DNA from: a bacterium
GTDB lineage: Bacteria; Patescibacteriota; Patescibacteriia; JBAXGH01
DNA: 64,000 nt
Assembly: GCA_037139515.1 (NCBI GenBank)
Contig: JBAXGH010000001.1
Span: 16,101-80,100 of the forward strand
Direction: 5' to 3'
Positions 37,119 through 51,354 of the stretch are shown here, one piece after another (position 1 is the first letter of the stretch; every line of letters begins with the position of its first letter). A model generated the notes under the pieces. The model saw nothing but the letters and a program-made list of their open reading frames with translations. It was not told where the DNA came from and did no database searches. Made by a program: the position numbers and the translations under genes.

Positions 37119-37712
37119 TTATTTCTTAATCATGTATCTCGTAAACCGCGAGACTTCGATTTTCTCTCCAATCTTTGCCGAAGCTTCCGCAATCATCTCC
37201 CCGACTTTCTTCGCATCATCTTTTACGAAAACCTGTTCGAGAAGACAAATATCGGAGAAATATTTATCGAGCTTGCCGGTCAAAATCTTTTCGATAACGT
37301 CAGCCGGTTTGTTCTGAGCCTTAAGTTCGTCGATATGAAAATCTTTTTCCTTTTCGACGACTTCGGTCGGAACATCTTCGCGCCTCACGTAAAGCGGATC
37401 AGTCGCAGCAATATGAAGAGCGATATCGTGAGCGAGTTCCTGGAAAGCTTCATTTCGTGCCACGAAATCGGTTTCGCAGTTCACCTCAACCATGACGCCG
37501 ACCTTGCCGGTTCCATGCGTGTAGCAAGCGATGAGTCCCTCTTTCGCCGTGCGTTCCGAAGCTTTCTTAGCAGCTTTCAATAAGCCCTTCTTGCGCAAGA
37601 TATCCATGGCCTTTTCCTTATCGCCACCGGCTTCTTCCAAAGCACGCTTAGCATCCATCATGCCAGCACCTGACGATTCACGAAACTCCGCAACCATCTT
37701 TGCGTCGATCAT
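37119..37712 (-). CDS. tsf: elongation factor Ts
   Basis: N-terminal [22 protein letters not shown]-like motif. Confidence 0.9.
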   Translation of the reverse strand: MIDAKMVAEFRESSGAGMMDAKRALEEAGGDKEKAMDILRKKGLLKAAKKASERTAKEGLIACYTHGTGKVGVMVEVNCETDFVARNEAFQELAHDIALHIAATDPLYVRREDVPTEVVEKEKDFHIDELKAQNKPADVIEKILTGKLDKYFSDICLLEQVFVKDDAKKVGEMIAEASAKIGEKIEVSRFTRYMIKK

Positions 37713-37804
37713 AATGTCGTGTAGCGTGTAACGCGTAACGTGTAACGACAACGTTGAAAGAGTTGACGATGCACGATACAGGTTACACGATACAAGTTTT
37801 AATT

Positions 37805-38614
37805 TTATTTCTTTCCCGCAACTGCCGCGACCGGAGCCATGACCGGAGCCGGAGCTGAAGCCTTCGCAGCAACTGCCGCCGCCGCTGATTTTTCCGCCGC
37901 AAGTTTCGCGGAGGCCTTTATTTTATCACCTTCAACACGACCCTCGCTCGCCGCTTCGGCAATCAGGTTCGCAATAAGCGTGATTGACTTCACTGCATCG
38001 TCGTTTGCCGGGATGCAATACTGAATACCAACCGGGCTCACGTTTGTATCGCACATGGCGACAATCGTGGTATCAGAAACCTTGGCTTCATCAACTGCGG
38101 TCTTTTCATGGCGGGTATCAACCACAAACATGATTTCCGGCTTCTTTTCCAAATCCTGGATACCACCAATCTTGTGTTCGAGCTCTTCGATTTCACGGGC
38201 GAATTCGAGCTGTTCGAACTTGGTGTACTTTTTCAAAGCACCAGTTTCGTGCTGGAACTTCAAATCCTTCAAGCGGCGAAGAACGCGCTTGATCTGGACG
38301 AAATTCGTGAGCGTACCGCCGAGCCAACGGTTCGTGATGTACGGCATCTGGCAGGACTTAGCGGCGGCCTCGACAATCGGAGCGGCCTGGCGCTTGGTAC
38401 CGACAAACAAAACCACACCGCCGCGGGCCACAACGCCTTTCACGTATTCAAGAGTCTTCTCAAGGATGCGCGATGTCTTTTCGACGTCGATGATATGCAC
38501 ACCGTTTCGCGAACCAAAAATATACTGCTTCATCTTTGGGTGCCAACGGCCGGACTGATGGCCGAAGTGAACACCGCTCTCGAGCATCTCAACCAACGAA
38601 GGGAGCTTGGACAT
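37805..38614 (-). CDS. rpsB: 30S ribosomal protein S2
   Basis: [10 protein letters not shown]...[10 protein letters not shown]...[12 protein letters not shown]. Confidence 0.95.
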   Translation of the reverse strand: MSKLPSLVEMLESGVHFGHQSGRWHPKMKQYIFGSRNGVHIIDVEKTSRILEKTLEYVKGVVARGGVVLFVGTKRQAAPIVEAAAKSCQMPYITNRWLGGTLTNFVQIKRVLRRLKDLKFQHETGALKKYTKFEQLEFAREIEELEHKIGGIQDLEKKPEIMFVVDTRHEKTAVDEAKVSDTTIVAMCDTNVSPVGIQYCIPANDDAVKSITLIANLIAEAASEGRVEGDKIKASAKLAAEKSAAAAVAAKASAPAPVMAPVAAVAGKK

Positions 38615-38667
38615 AACTATATATTTGCCCTTTATTTTGGCGTTAAGTGTTGGATTTAGTAGCGATG

Positions 38668-38700
38668 TCGCCCTACGGCCTGTGGCCTATGGCCTAACCC
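38668..38700. repeat. GGCC(R)TAGG octamer-like motif cluster upstream of rpsB
   Basis: CCCTACGGCCTGTGGCCTATGGCCTAACC. The related large palindrome is at 45485..45572 upstream of rplY. Confidence 0.5.
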
Positions 38701-38861
38701 CTATCTACCCCCAACACATCCGCCAACCGCCGCTTTTATCATCTGAACATCTGCGACACCGAAGTATCGAGGGCGATATTCATCAAAAAGCGTGAGAAAT
38801 AAAATGCCTTTTTCAAGGTGGTAGCGAGTGTACATTAAGCCGATAAACCACGCAAATCCAC

Positions 38862-38946
38862 AAATCTACCTGTCCCCTGGTGACAGTCACCTGGGGACAG
38901 GTAGATCTGGCACAGAACGTTGACACAATCACTAAAACGTGATAGA
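38862..38946 (+). promoter_or_regulatory. perfect 14-bp-arm palindrome (ATCTACCTGTCCCC..GGGGACAGGTAGAT) abutting a TTGACA-17-TAGAAAT promoter of the M23 peptidase gene
   Basis: Read directly. The SD AAAGGAGG lies 5 nt before the TTG start at 38977. Confidence 0.55.
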
Positions 38947-38976
38947 AATCCTTCGTAATACGAAAGGAGGACCGTC

Positions 38977-39660
38977 TTGTTCATTCAAACATTGGCTGCT
39001 TTGATGCTCGCGGCGCCTCCGGCTACTCCGGAAACCGCAAAACTCAAACTCGCCCCGGAATGCTTCGCTTGGTCACCACGCGAAAACTGCGATCCGAAAC
39101 ATTCCCTGATCTTCCCAGTCCTTTTCAGAAGCCGGCTCAAAGACTACGAACTGATGCAGTTTGTCGGCAGCCGCTACGGCAAGCGCTGCAACCCGGTCGA
39201 GAGCAAACCCGGCAAGTGCCTCGACGATTTTCACATGGGTCTCGACATCAAAGTTCCACGCGGTACCCCGGTGGCTTCGGTTCGAGGCAATGGTCGCGTA
39301 ATCGAAATCACGCCAATCAATTACTGCCTCCTCATCGAGTACGCCTGGGAAGAGCCGCTCGCGAAGATGACCCAGCGCGCCAAGTATTGCCACCTTGATA
39401 AGATCTATCCGAAGGTTGGCGATCGCATCGAAAAAGCCGGCACCGCGATTGGCGAAGTTGGCGACCGCGGTCACGCAAAGGGCGTTCACCTGCATTTCGA
39501 GCTCAGCGTCCCGCGTGGTCAACCGGTCAGCGAATGGGAAGAAGAAACCTGCGTACCGGATGTGCCGGCGAAAATCCTGGCTATTCCGTATAAAGAAGTT
39601 CGTTTCCCAACTATCGACCCGAGCTGCTACAGCTATCGGGTCGGATATCGCAACCAATAG
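38977..39660 (+). CDS. secreted M23-family (LytM-like) metallopeptidase
   Basis: Signal peptide. HMGLDIKVPRGTPV (HxxxD) and HLHFEL (HxH) motifs. Local GC is about 55% and the antisense ORF 39073..39675 is spurious. Confidence 0.65.
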   Translation: MFIQTLAALMLAAPPATPETAKLKLAPECFAWSPRENCDPKHSLIFPVLFRSRLKDYELMQFVGSRYGKRCNPVESKPGKCLDDFHMGLDIKVPRGTPVASVRGNGRVIEITPINYCLLIEYAWEEPLAKMTQRAKYCHLDKIYPKVGDRIEKAGTAIGEVGDRGHAKGVHLHFELSVPRGQPVSEWEEETCVPDVPAKILAIPYKEVRFPTIDPSCYSYRVGYRNQ

Positions 39661-39694
39661 CAGAACCGCCTCCACGGAGCGCGGTTCTTTTTAT

Positions 39695-40747
39695 TTACCG
39701 TATAAACATCGCGTCGCCAAAGCTGAAAAAACGATATTTGAGTTCAATCGCTTCTTCGTAAGCGCGCATGATATTTTCGCGACCGGCGAGCGCGGAAACG
39801 AGCGCCAATAATGTCGACTTTGGCAAATGAAAATTCGTAATCAAACCGTCGATTATTTTAAATTCAAAACCCGGCGTGATGAAAATATTCACATCACCGG
39901 AGAAAGCTGTGATACAAGATCCCTCGGCTTCGGGATGACAGCACTGGCCGAGATGACAACGCGCGGCAACGCCCTCGAGTGCACGAGTCGTCGTCGTGCC
40001 AACCGCAATTACGCGACGACCTTCACGTTTCGCGAGATTAATCTTTTCTGTAGTTTCTTTTGAAATCTCAACCCACTCTTCATGCATCGGATGATTGGAT
40101 AAATCATCAACTTTGATTGGCTGAAAAGTACCGAGTCCGACGTGAAGCGTGATACTCGCGAACTCAATCCCCTGCTTTTTCAATTCTTCGATTAACCGCG
40201 GCGTAAAATGAAAGGCCGCCGTCGGTGCCGCAACCGAGCCGGTTTCGCGCGCAAAAATCGTTTGATAACCCTCCAGCTTTTCCGGCGCCCGCTCGATATA
40301 TGGCGGAACCGGAATCTCACCGTGCGCGTTCGCAAAATCAATCAGCTCGGAATCTGAAATCGATGGTTTCACAATCGCGGTGCCGTCTTCCGGCAAAGCT
40401 AAAACCGAAAGCGACACATCAAAACCCAAATCGATCACCGAGCCGAGTTTTAACTTCTTTCGCGGCTTCACAAGCGTCACCCAAGAATCGCCATGCGGGC
40501 GCACTAAAAAAATCTCAAGTTTCTTTCCGTCCACAGTACCGTGCAAACGAGCGCGAAAGACCTTGGTATCGTTCACAACAAGCAAGTCTCCAGCGCGCAA
40601 AAACTTGCCGATTTCAGCAAAAATTCGATGCTCAAAAGCCCCGGTTTTCTTATCTAAAACCAGTAAACGTGAAGAATCCGGCGGCTCGAGTCTGGTCTGC
40701 GCGATGCGCTCCGGCGGCAAATTATAGTCAAAATCGCTGGTTTTCAT
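39695..40747 (-). CDS. queA: S-adenosylmethionine:tRNA ribosyltransferase-isomerase
   Basis: MKTSDFDYNLPPERIAQ start plus LVVNDTKV and TNFHLPKSTLLALVSA motifs. A family-2(ii) repeat lies in frame (encoding CHPEAEGS). Confidence 0.9.
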   Translation of the reverse strand: MKTSDFDYNLPPERIAQTRLEPPDSSRLLVLDKKTGAFEHRIFAEIGKFLRAGDLLVVNDTKVFRARLHGTVDGKKLEIFLVRPHGDSWVTLVKPRKKLKLGSVIDLGFDVSLSVLALPEDGTAIVKPSISDSELIDFANAHGEIPVPPYIERAPEKLEGYQTIFARETGSVAAPTAAFHFTPRLIEELKKQGIEFASITLHVGLGTFQPIKVDDLSNHPMHEEWVEISKETTEKINLAKREGRRVIAVGTTTTRALEGVAARCHLGQCCHPEAEGSCITAFSGDVNIFITPGFEFKIIDGLITNFHLPKSTLLALVSALAGRENIMRAYEEAIELKYRFFSFGDAMFIR

Positions 40748-40817
40748 GATTTGTGCGTGGATTGACGGCTTAGAACCCCCATGCTAACCTACCGCCATAT
40801 TTTTAGACAATCCCTTC

Positions 40818-40842
40818 GTCATGTTGAGCACAGCGAAACATC
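40818..40842. repeat. family-3 repeat GTCATGTTGAGCACAGCGAAACATC
   Basis: An inverted copy (GTCATGTTGAGCGCAGCGAAACATC on the minus strand) lies at 42540..42564. The two bracket rpmE and prfA. Confidence 0.6.
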
Positions 40843-40887
40843 ATGAACATGATCCTTCGCTACGCTCAGGATGACAACAAAAACACT

Positions 40888-41166
40888 ATGCAGAAAGAAA
40901 TCCACCCAATCATGAACGCCGGCATCAAAGTTCTCTGCGCCTGTGGCAACACTTTCGCGACCGACTCAACTATCAAAGAAATCCGTACAGAATTGTGTTC
41001 TGCTTGCCACCCTTTCTATACCGGCAAACAGAAGCTCGTCGATACGGCTCGCCGCGTCGAAAAGCTCGCCGGTCGTTTCACCGCCACGAAGTCTGTGGTC
41101 GGCACCCGCGGCAACAAGAAGGAACGCCGTGCGAAGCGCGACGATTCGAAGAAGGATTCAAAATAG
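40888..41166 (+). CDS. rpmE: 50S ribosomal protein L31 with a Lys-rich C-terminal extension
   Basis: MQKEIHP...CACGN...[12 protein letters not shown] zinc-ribbon motifs. Confidence 0.85.
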   Translation: MQKEIHPIMNAGIKVLCACGNTFATDSTIKEIRTELCSACHPFYTGKQKLVDTARRVEKLAGRFTATKSVVGTRGNKKERRAKRDDSKKDSK

Positions 41167-41171
41167 CTACG

Positions 41172-41207
41172 AAAACGCGGCCAGCTTTATCGCTCGCCGC
41201 GTTTTTG
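41172..41207 (+). terminator. rho-independent terminator after rpmE
   Basis: AACGCGGC-cagctttatcgctc-GCCGCGTT followed by TTTTG. Confidence 0.6.
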
Positions 41208-41438
41208 ATTATCCAAAAATCTTTGGGCTTATACGCGAGCGCGGTTTGGGAGTACCTCGCGGCGGATTAGGGGCGAGCAATAATCCGGCGCGAGGTACGT
41301 CCCAAAATCGCTCGCTTCGAGCCGACCATTTTGAAACACAAGCGCCACCTATAAAAACTCCACGCTTTTTCTTGCGGGCGGCACGAGAAAAAACACACAT
41401 TCGTCGGCACTCCGCAACTAAGCTAAAATAAAGAGAAT

Positions 41439-42491
41439 ATGTCTTCATCTATCGAACAGAAAAAAATACGGCTCGTAGAGCTTGAAAAGCTCCTGAGCTC
41501 ACCAGAAACTATCAGCGATCAAAAAAAGTTCGCTTCGCTTTCGGTTGAATACACCGCCGTTCGCGAGCTCGTTAACATGGTTGACGAACTTGAACGCGTC
41601 GAAAATAACATCAAGGGTTCTAAAGAAATCATTTCCGGGAGCGACATTGAGCTACGCGCCATGGCCGAAGCTGAACTCGTCGATTTATTAAAACGCGAAA
41701 AAGAATTGACGATTCAAATTGAAGACGAGTTGAATCCTCCTGATCCGCTGGACGGCAAGAACATCATCATGGAAGTCCGCGCCGGTGCCGGCGGTGATGA
41801 ATCGGCGCTTTTCGCGGCCGAGCTTGTGCGCATGTACTCGAACTACGCTATTACCAAAAAATGGAAGACGGCTTTGATTTCGTCCTCCGTGAACGATGTC
41901 GGCGGTTACAAGGAAGCCATCATCGAAATCACCGGGCGCCAGGTTTACTCGGCACTCAAATGGGAATCCGGCGTGCACCGAGTTCAGCGCGTTCCGGAAA
42001 CTGAAAAGCAGGGTCGCATTCATACCTCGACCGTCACGATTGTGGTTTTGCCGAAGCTTGAAGAGCTTGATTTCAAAATCGACATGAAAGATTTGCGCAT
42101 CGAAGCGGCAACTTCGGGTGGCGCCGGCGGACAGTCGGTAAATACAACTTATTCGGCAATCAGAATCGTGCATATTCCGACCGGCATTGTGGCGCAGTGC
42201 CAGGACGAACGTTCGCAGGCACAGAACAAAGAAAAAGCGATGGAAGTTATCCGCACCCGTGTGTTTGATTTTTACGAAGAAAAGCGCCGTCGCGAGCACG
42301 CCGAAGCACGCAAGTCACAAATCGGTACCGGTGATCGCTCGGAAAAAATCCGCACCTACAATTTCCCACAAGACCGCATCACCGATCATCGCATCAACGA
42401 AAGCTGGCACAATATTCAGCAGATCATGGACGGTGACTTGGATCGCGTGATTACTAAACTCAAAGACGCTGAGCGTGCCCTACGCTCTTAG
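41439..42491 (+). CDS. prfA: peptide chain release factor 1
   Basis: GGQ motif (AGGQSVNTT) and RF1-type PxT tripeptide (PET). Confidence 0.85.
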   Translation: MSSSIEQKKIRLVELEKLLSSPETISDQKKFASLSVEYTAVRELVNMVDELERVENNIKGSKEIISGSDIELRAMAEAELVDLLKREKELTIQIEDELNPPDPLDGKNIIMEVRAGAGGDESALFAAELVRMYSNYAITKKWKTALISSSVNDVGGYKEAIIEITGRQVYSALKWESGVHRVQRVPETEKQGRIHTSTVTIVVLPKLEELDFKIDMKDLRIEAATSGGAGGQSVNTTYSAIRIVHIPTGIVAQCQDERSQAQNKEKAMEVIRTRVFDFYEEKRRREHAEARKSQIGTGDRSEKIRTYNFPQDRITDHRINESWHNIQQIMDGDLDRVITKLKDAERALRS

Positions 42492-42573
42492 GGTATTACC
42501 CCGATTGTCATCCCGAAGCCGAGGGATCTTGACATACTAGATGTTTCGCTGCGCTCAACATGACACAAAGGAC

Positions 42574-43413
42574 ATGATCATTCGTTCACTACTCAAAGAC
42601 GCTGGGAAGAAAATAAATCCGGCTGACGCGGAGTTGCTTTTGAGTTCCGCGCTTGGCATCACAAAGCTTCTCATGATCATGGAGCCGGAAAAACAGGTTT
42701 CGCCCGATCAAGAATCCGCCTTTCGCGAGCTAGTCGCGCGACGTCTGAAACACGAACCGGTTGCCTACCTAACCGGCCAGAAAGATTTTTTCGGCCTGAC
42801 TTTTCAGGTCGCGCCAGGAGTTTTGATTCCGCGCCCGGAAACAGAAACGATGGTCGAACTCGCGCTTGAACACTTACGCTTTTGCAAGCGTCGTCACACG
42901 GTGATCGATATCGGCACCGGGAGTGGCGCGATTGCCTGCGCACTGGCCGCAAACTCGGGTGAAAAAATACTCGCGACAGAGTTTTCACCGGTCGCATTCA
43001 AAATTGCTCGAGAAAATATCAAGCGACTCGGCTTCGCGAATCGAATCGAGCTTCTCCCCGGAAACGGCTTGGCGCCGGCACTCAGCAAACACGCCTTCAA
43101 AGAAGCCGAAGAGCTGATTATTCTCGCCAATCTGCCATATATTCCGACACGCGATTGGGAAAAGTTAATGCCGGATGTAAAAGACTTTGAGCCGCGAGAA
43201 GCGCTCGACGGCGGCGCCGACGGCTTGGATTTGTACCGAGTACTACTGAATCAGTTAGAAGATATAAAAAAGCCGATGAGAGTGATAATGGAAATCGATC
43301 CATCGCAGACCGAGTCTCTGCCGAAGGAAATTATTAAGCGCTTTCCTGATGCTGAAATCACAACCTACAAAGATTTAGCTAACCTTAACAGATTTATAAT
43401 CTTCACAAAATAA
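42574..43413 (+). CDS. prmC: release factor glutamine N5-methyltransferase PrmC/HemK
   Basis: VIDIGTGSGAIA SAM-binding motif and the NLPYI (NPPY) motif. Confidence 0.8.
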   Translation: MIIRSLLKDAGKKINPADAELLLSSALGITKLLMIMEPEKQVSPDQESAFRELVARRLKHEPVAYLTGQKDFFGLTFQVAPGVLIPRPETETMVELALEHLRFCKRRHTVIDIGTGSGAIACALAANSGEKILATEFSPVAFKIARENIKRLGFANRIELLPGNGLAPALSKHAFKEAEELIILANLPYIPTRDWEKLMPDVKDFEPREALDGGADGLDLYRVLLNQLEDIKKPMRVIMEIDPSQTESLPKEIIKRFPDAEITTYKDLANLNRFIIFTK

Positions 43414-43414
43414 C

Positions 43415-43447
43415 AAAACCGCCTATTCAAGGCGGCTTTGTTATTTA
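43415..43447. terminator. bidirectional terminator between prmC and the DUF3048 gene
   Basis: AAAACCGCC-tattcaa-GGCGGCTTTGTTATTT. Confidence 0.5.
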
Positions 43448-44530
43448 TTCCTTAATTTTTACTTTTGAAACTCCATCCACAACTTCGACCCAAGTGGTTC
43501 CCGGAATGAAGCTCACCTCCCCACCTTCCTGACCGAAAAATCGCAATCTGTCCGCCGCCGAATCTTTCTTCCAAGTGCCATTAATCACCACGCCTTCACT
43601 TAAAATCATCGCCTTGCCCGTGCCAATAACCGGCATATCAAGCCGGCCCTTATCATCCAAAACCTTCGACGAAGTAATCATGACGGCAACGTTTTTAGCA
43701 CGGATTTCCGAACCGTCTTCGTCTTTATGCCGAACGCGTCCTTCGTAACGAATGTAATCATTGGCTGCCGAATCATATTTCCACTCAGCCTCGTATTGAT
43801 AAGTTGAAAAGTTGATGACAACACCAGCGTTTCCGGAGCGTTCATCGGGCTTTTTTTCATCGCGATATAACCACGGCGCGACCGGCCCAAAAGTGCGCGA
43901 TTGGAGCGCGAACAAAGCGGCCATGTTTTCGGAATCAGTGTAGGCATTGTGCGGAGCCGCCCGAGTCTTAACGCGATAAATAGTTTTCGGCGAAAGCGTT
44001 TCACCAACATTGTAAATCAAGTTCGAATTTGCAATCTCATCAAGCGCCGCCGGAGAACCGCCGATATGCAAATACATGCCATTGAATTCTGACATCAAAT
44101 CAACCGCATAAGGTCGCGCGCTGCGAACCGGGCCGATTTTTTTCACTTCATCGCCATTCGCAAAAACAGCCAAGAACCGCGTAATCCCCATCTCAACAGG
44201 AAGTTCAAAAACAAGTTTAGCCTTTGAAATTCCGGCCGGCGGTCGCGCTTCCAGAATATTATCGATCATGACGCCATAGATTCCGACTTGCTGTGAAGCC
44301 TCGAGCGCCACAACGACACCATCAAGCGCACGACGATAAACAATCGCTTCTTCGATTACCGGAGTTTCCGTAACCGGATTTTGTTTCGGCGGTGAAGATC
44401 TTGTAACTAAAGAATAGATGAGATATCCACCGAGCAACCAAATGAGTCCGGTGAGCGCAATCCCAATCAGGATCGGCGAGATGCCGCGACGACGCAATCT
44501 ATTGGCTGCATTTTCGATTGTGTTAAACAT
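43445..44530 (-). CDS. DUF3048 (YerB-like) membrane-anchored protein
   Basis: N-terminal TM segment. The GITRFLAVF motif is typical of DUF3048. Confidence 0.55.
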   Translation of the reverse strand: MFNTIENAANRLRRRGISPILIGIALTGLIWLLGGYLIYSLVTRSSPPKQNPVTETPVIEEAIVYRRALDGVVVALEASQQVGIYGVMIDNILEARPPAGISKAKLVFELPVEMGITRFLAVFANGDEVKKIGPVRSARPYAVDLMSEFNGMYLHIGGSPAALDEIANSNLIYNVGETLSPKTIYRVKTRAAPHNAYTDSENMAALFALQSRTFGPVAPWLYRDEKKPDERSGNAGVVINFSTYQYEAEWKYDSAANDYIRYEGRVRHKDEDGSEIRAKNVAVMITSSKVLDDKGRLDMPVIGTGKAMILSEGVVINGTWKKDSAADRLRFFGQEGGEVSFIPGTTWVEVVDGVSKVKIKE

Positions 44531-44623
44531 GTGCCCTACATTATATCAAAACGCGACGAAATAACTCATCGCGTTCCGACTTTTTTATTTTTTTCACGCG
44601 GTGAAAGCTGGCCTGTAAAGTTG

Positions 44624-44702
44624 AGAAAGTGTACGAGGCCCATACTTCGACGAGCTATCAGCCGTACCTTAGCTCGTCGAGAGTATGGGCTCGCACTTTC
44701 TG
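44624..44702. repeat. family-1 palindromic element, copy D
   Basis: GAAAGTGTACGAGGCCCATACTTCGACGAGC-TATCAGCCGTACCTT-AGCTCGTCGAGAGTATGGGCTCGCACTTTC. It lies immediately 3' of rplY. Confidence 0.65.
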
Positions 44703-44705
44703 TAA

Positions 44706-45467
44706 TTATTTCTTAGCAGCCGGTTTCTTCTCTGCGGCCTTTTCCGGAGCCTTGGCGCCCGGCTTAGCGGCTGCACCCGGAGCGGCGGCAGCGCCCGGAG
44801 CGCCTTCCGCAACCTCTTCACCTTCCTTCTTCTCCTTCTTGAGCACTTCAACCTTCGAAGCATCAGCGTCGACGGCGGTATCAAGCTTGGCCATTTCTTC
44901 ATCAGTACGAGGAGGAGCAACGAGCACGACGACTTCTTCTTTCTTGCCGACCGGTTCCATGCCCGGAGGAAGCTTCACGTCCTGAATACGCAAACGATCT
45001 TCGAAAGTCTTAAGACCGGAAATATCGACGTCGATGTGAGAAACGAGAGCTGACGGAAGACACATGACTTCGAGTTCGCCCAAGTTCTTAACGAGCGTAC
45101 CGCTCAAGAACTTAACGGCAGCAGATTCGCCGACAAAGTTGAAAGCGATCTTCACGTGCAACTTCTCGTCCATCGAAACGGCGCGGAAATCGACGTGGAT
45201 GATGTGGTCCGAAAGCGGATCGCGCTGAACTTCCTGAACGAGGGTCTTGATCGGAGCTTTGGCGCCTTCAATCGCGAGGTCAATAAGCGTCGATTCACCG
45301 GCTTCGAGCAACATTTTGTTAAAAATCTTCTCATCAACAGAAACCATGAGCGATGGCTGCTTTTTGCCATAAACGACGGCAGGAATCATGTTTTTGGCGC
45401 GAATAGCAACTGCTCCGACGGTACCGGCATCTGTACGAGGCTGTGCGTTCAAAACGAGAGTTTCCAT
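44706..45467 (-). CDS. rplY: 50S ribosomal protein L25/Ctc with an Ala/Pro/Lys-rich tail
   Basis: RTDAGTVGA...MIPAVVYGK...HVDFRAV motifs. Confidence 0.85.
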   Translation of the reverse strand: METLVLNAQPRTDAGTVGAVAIRAKNMIPAVVYGKKQPSLMVSVDEKIFNKMLLEAGESTLIDLAIEGAKAPIKTLVQEVQRDPLSDHIIHVDFRAVSMDEKLHVKIAFNFVGESAAVKFLSGTLVKNLGELEVMCLPSALVSHIDVDISGLKTFEDRLRIQDVKLPPGMEPVGKKEEVVVLVAPPRTDEEMAKLDTAVDADASKVEVLKKEKKEGEEVAEGAPGAAAAPGAAAKPGAKAPEKAAEKKPAAKK

Positions 45468-45484
45468 ATGTTATGAGACAAGGG

Positions 45485-45572
45485 CGTAGGCCATAGGCCG
45501 TAGGCCGTAGTTATGTCATTTTAAGACATCCTACGCCCTATGGCCTACGCCCTACGGCCTAATATTTATTGC
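45485..45572. repeat. ~90-nt palindrome built from inverted arrays of the octamer GGCC(A/G)TAG around a central ATGTCATTTTAAGACAT
   Basis: AGGGCGTAGGCCATAGGCCGTAGGCCGTAG ... CTACGCCCTATGGCCTACGCCCTACGGCCT, read directly. It lies upstream of rplY. Confidence 0.6.
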
Positions 45573-45625
45573 AACAGAATGGGCATATTCTATGCGAATG
45601 AGCGAAATCGGTCAAGGTCGGGATG

Positions 45626-46723
45626 TTAGCGCTTGCCCTCAGACGCCACAGATTGCGCAATTCCCAAGGCAATCAGCATAAAAATGAGGGAGGAAGCACC
45701 ATAACTCACGAAAGGCAAAGTAATACCGGTAACCGGCAGCATCGACAGATTCATACCTATATTTACGCTGAACTGGATAAGAATCAGAAACAGCACTCCG
45801 AGCGCTAGCATCGAGCCAAAATCATCGGCAGCATTCTCCGCGACCCTTACCAGACGATAAAAAGTGAAGGCAAAAGCCAGAAGCAGGATCAGCATTCCGA
45901 CGAAACCCAATTCTTCACCGATAACCGAAACGATAAAGTCAGTCATCGATTCCGGTAAAAAGCGTAATTGTGATTGCGAACCAAAGCCGACGCCGCGCCC
46001 AAAAAATCCGCCGGCACCAATCGCGATACGCGCCTGGGTTACATTATAGCCCTGACCGAGCGGATCGGATTCGGGATGCATGAAAACCGTGATGCGATCT
46101 TTTTGGTAAGGCGCCATCATGAACCAGCCGGACGTCGCAATCAGAATCACGCCCAGAACAAGCGCGATAAATACCCGCTTGCGCAAGCCGACCACAATAA
46201 GATAGAGAGTCCACATCCCGAGAAGCACCAGGGCTGATCCTAAGTCTGGCTGCAACATTGTGAGCGCAACCGGAATGCCGACCAAGACAGCGCTCTCGAA
46301 AACCTCGCGCCATCGTAGTGAGTCTCGCGTGTGGGCCGCAAAATATCTGGCGAGCACAATAATAACTGCAATCTTCGCGCATTCAACCGGCTGAAAATTT
46401 ATCGGTCCGATTTCAAACCAGCCAGTCGTGCCGCGAATAGCTTTGCCGAGAACCAAAACCGCGACAAGCATCGCGTTTGCAGCAACATAAATAATCAGCG
46501 AAAAAGAGCGCAGTGTTTTATAACTCATCTTCGCGATAAAAATCATGGCGAGTAGCCCAAGTCCAATCGCAACAAACTGCTTTTTGAGGGTAAAAAAAGT
46601 ATCCGGTTCGCGAGAGAGCGAAAGAGAATATATGGCAAGCAAGCCATGAACCAGCAAGACCATGACCGAGAAAATCAAAAGCCAGTCAAGCTTGAAAAGA
46701 GATTTTAGAAACGACTGGAACAT
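45626..46723 (-). CDS. SEDS-family peptidoglycan polymerase FtsW/RodA
   Basis: About 10 TM segments with the conserved FQPVECAK/loop region typical of FtsW/RodA. Confidence 0.8.
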   Translation of the reverse strand: MFQSFLKSLFKLDWLLIFSVMVLLVHGLLAIYSLSLSREPDTFFTLKKQFVAIGLGLLAMIFIAKMSYKTLRSFSLIIYVAANAMLVAVLVLGKAIRGTTGWFEIGPINFQPVECAKIAVIIVLARYFAAHTRDSLRWREVFESAVLVGIPVALTMLQPDLGSALVLLGMWTLYLIVVGLRKRVFIALVLGVILIATSGWFMMAPYQKDRITVFMHPESDPLGQGYNVTQARIAIGAGGFFGRGVGFGSQSQLRFLPESMTDFIVSVIGEELGFVGMLILLLAFAFTFYRLVRVAENAADDFGSMLALGVLFLILIQFSVNIGMNLSMLPVTGITLPFVSYGASSLIFMLIALGIAQSVASEGKR

Positions 46724-46786
46724 GTCTGACAGAGTAATGATAAAACCAAAAAGAGAAAAGGCTTCCCTTTGCTCTTTTATGTTTTG

Positions 46787-51153
<4,367 letters not shown>

Positions 51154-51164
51154 TATTTACAAAC

Positions 51165-51187
51165 TACCGCCTTGTGGCGGTTTTTTG
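51165..51187 (+). terminator. rho-independent terminator after gyrB
   Basis: CCGCC-ttgtg-GCGG followed by TTTTTTG. Confidence 0.6.
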
Positions 51188-51190
51188 TTG

Positions 51191-51270
51191 CCGTCATTCC
51201 CGAAATTTGAGCACAAATTGTCGGGAATCCATTTTCTTCAAATAGACTCCCGCCTTCGCGGGAATGACGG
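51191..51270. repeat. family-2(i) repeats: variant copy with a 20-nt palindromic insert, plus an inverted canonical copy GTCATTCCCGCGAAGGCGGGAGTC
   Basis: Other copies at 25491..25518 (inside the RT CDS) and 52842..52874. Confidence 0.65.
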
Positions 51271-51354
51271 AAGGGGCAAAAAAACCGTTTACTTAATCAG
51301 AGACCGGTGCTACATTCCGAAAACAGCTCAGCCCTTTTCGGAAAGGAGCAACCC

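Noticed and set aside
37029-37583. 184-aa plus-strand ORF over the tsf region
   Set aside because: It overlaps EF-Ts (clear homology) on the opposite strand. Its 5' end is the family-1 palindromic repeat.
39073-39675. 200-aa minus-strand ORF inside the M23 peptidase gene
   Set aside because: It overlaps a gene with clear M23 catalytic motifs and a signal peptide, so it is an antisense artefact.
41172-41438. Possible riboswitch or T-box in the prfA and pheS leaders
   Set aside because: I could not find T-box (AGGGTGGNACCGCG) or other riboswitch consensus cores. Only generic inverted repeats are present.
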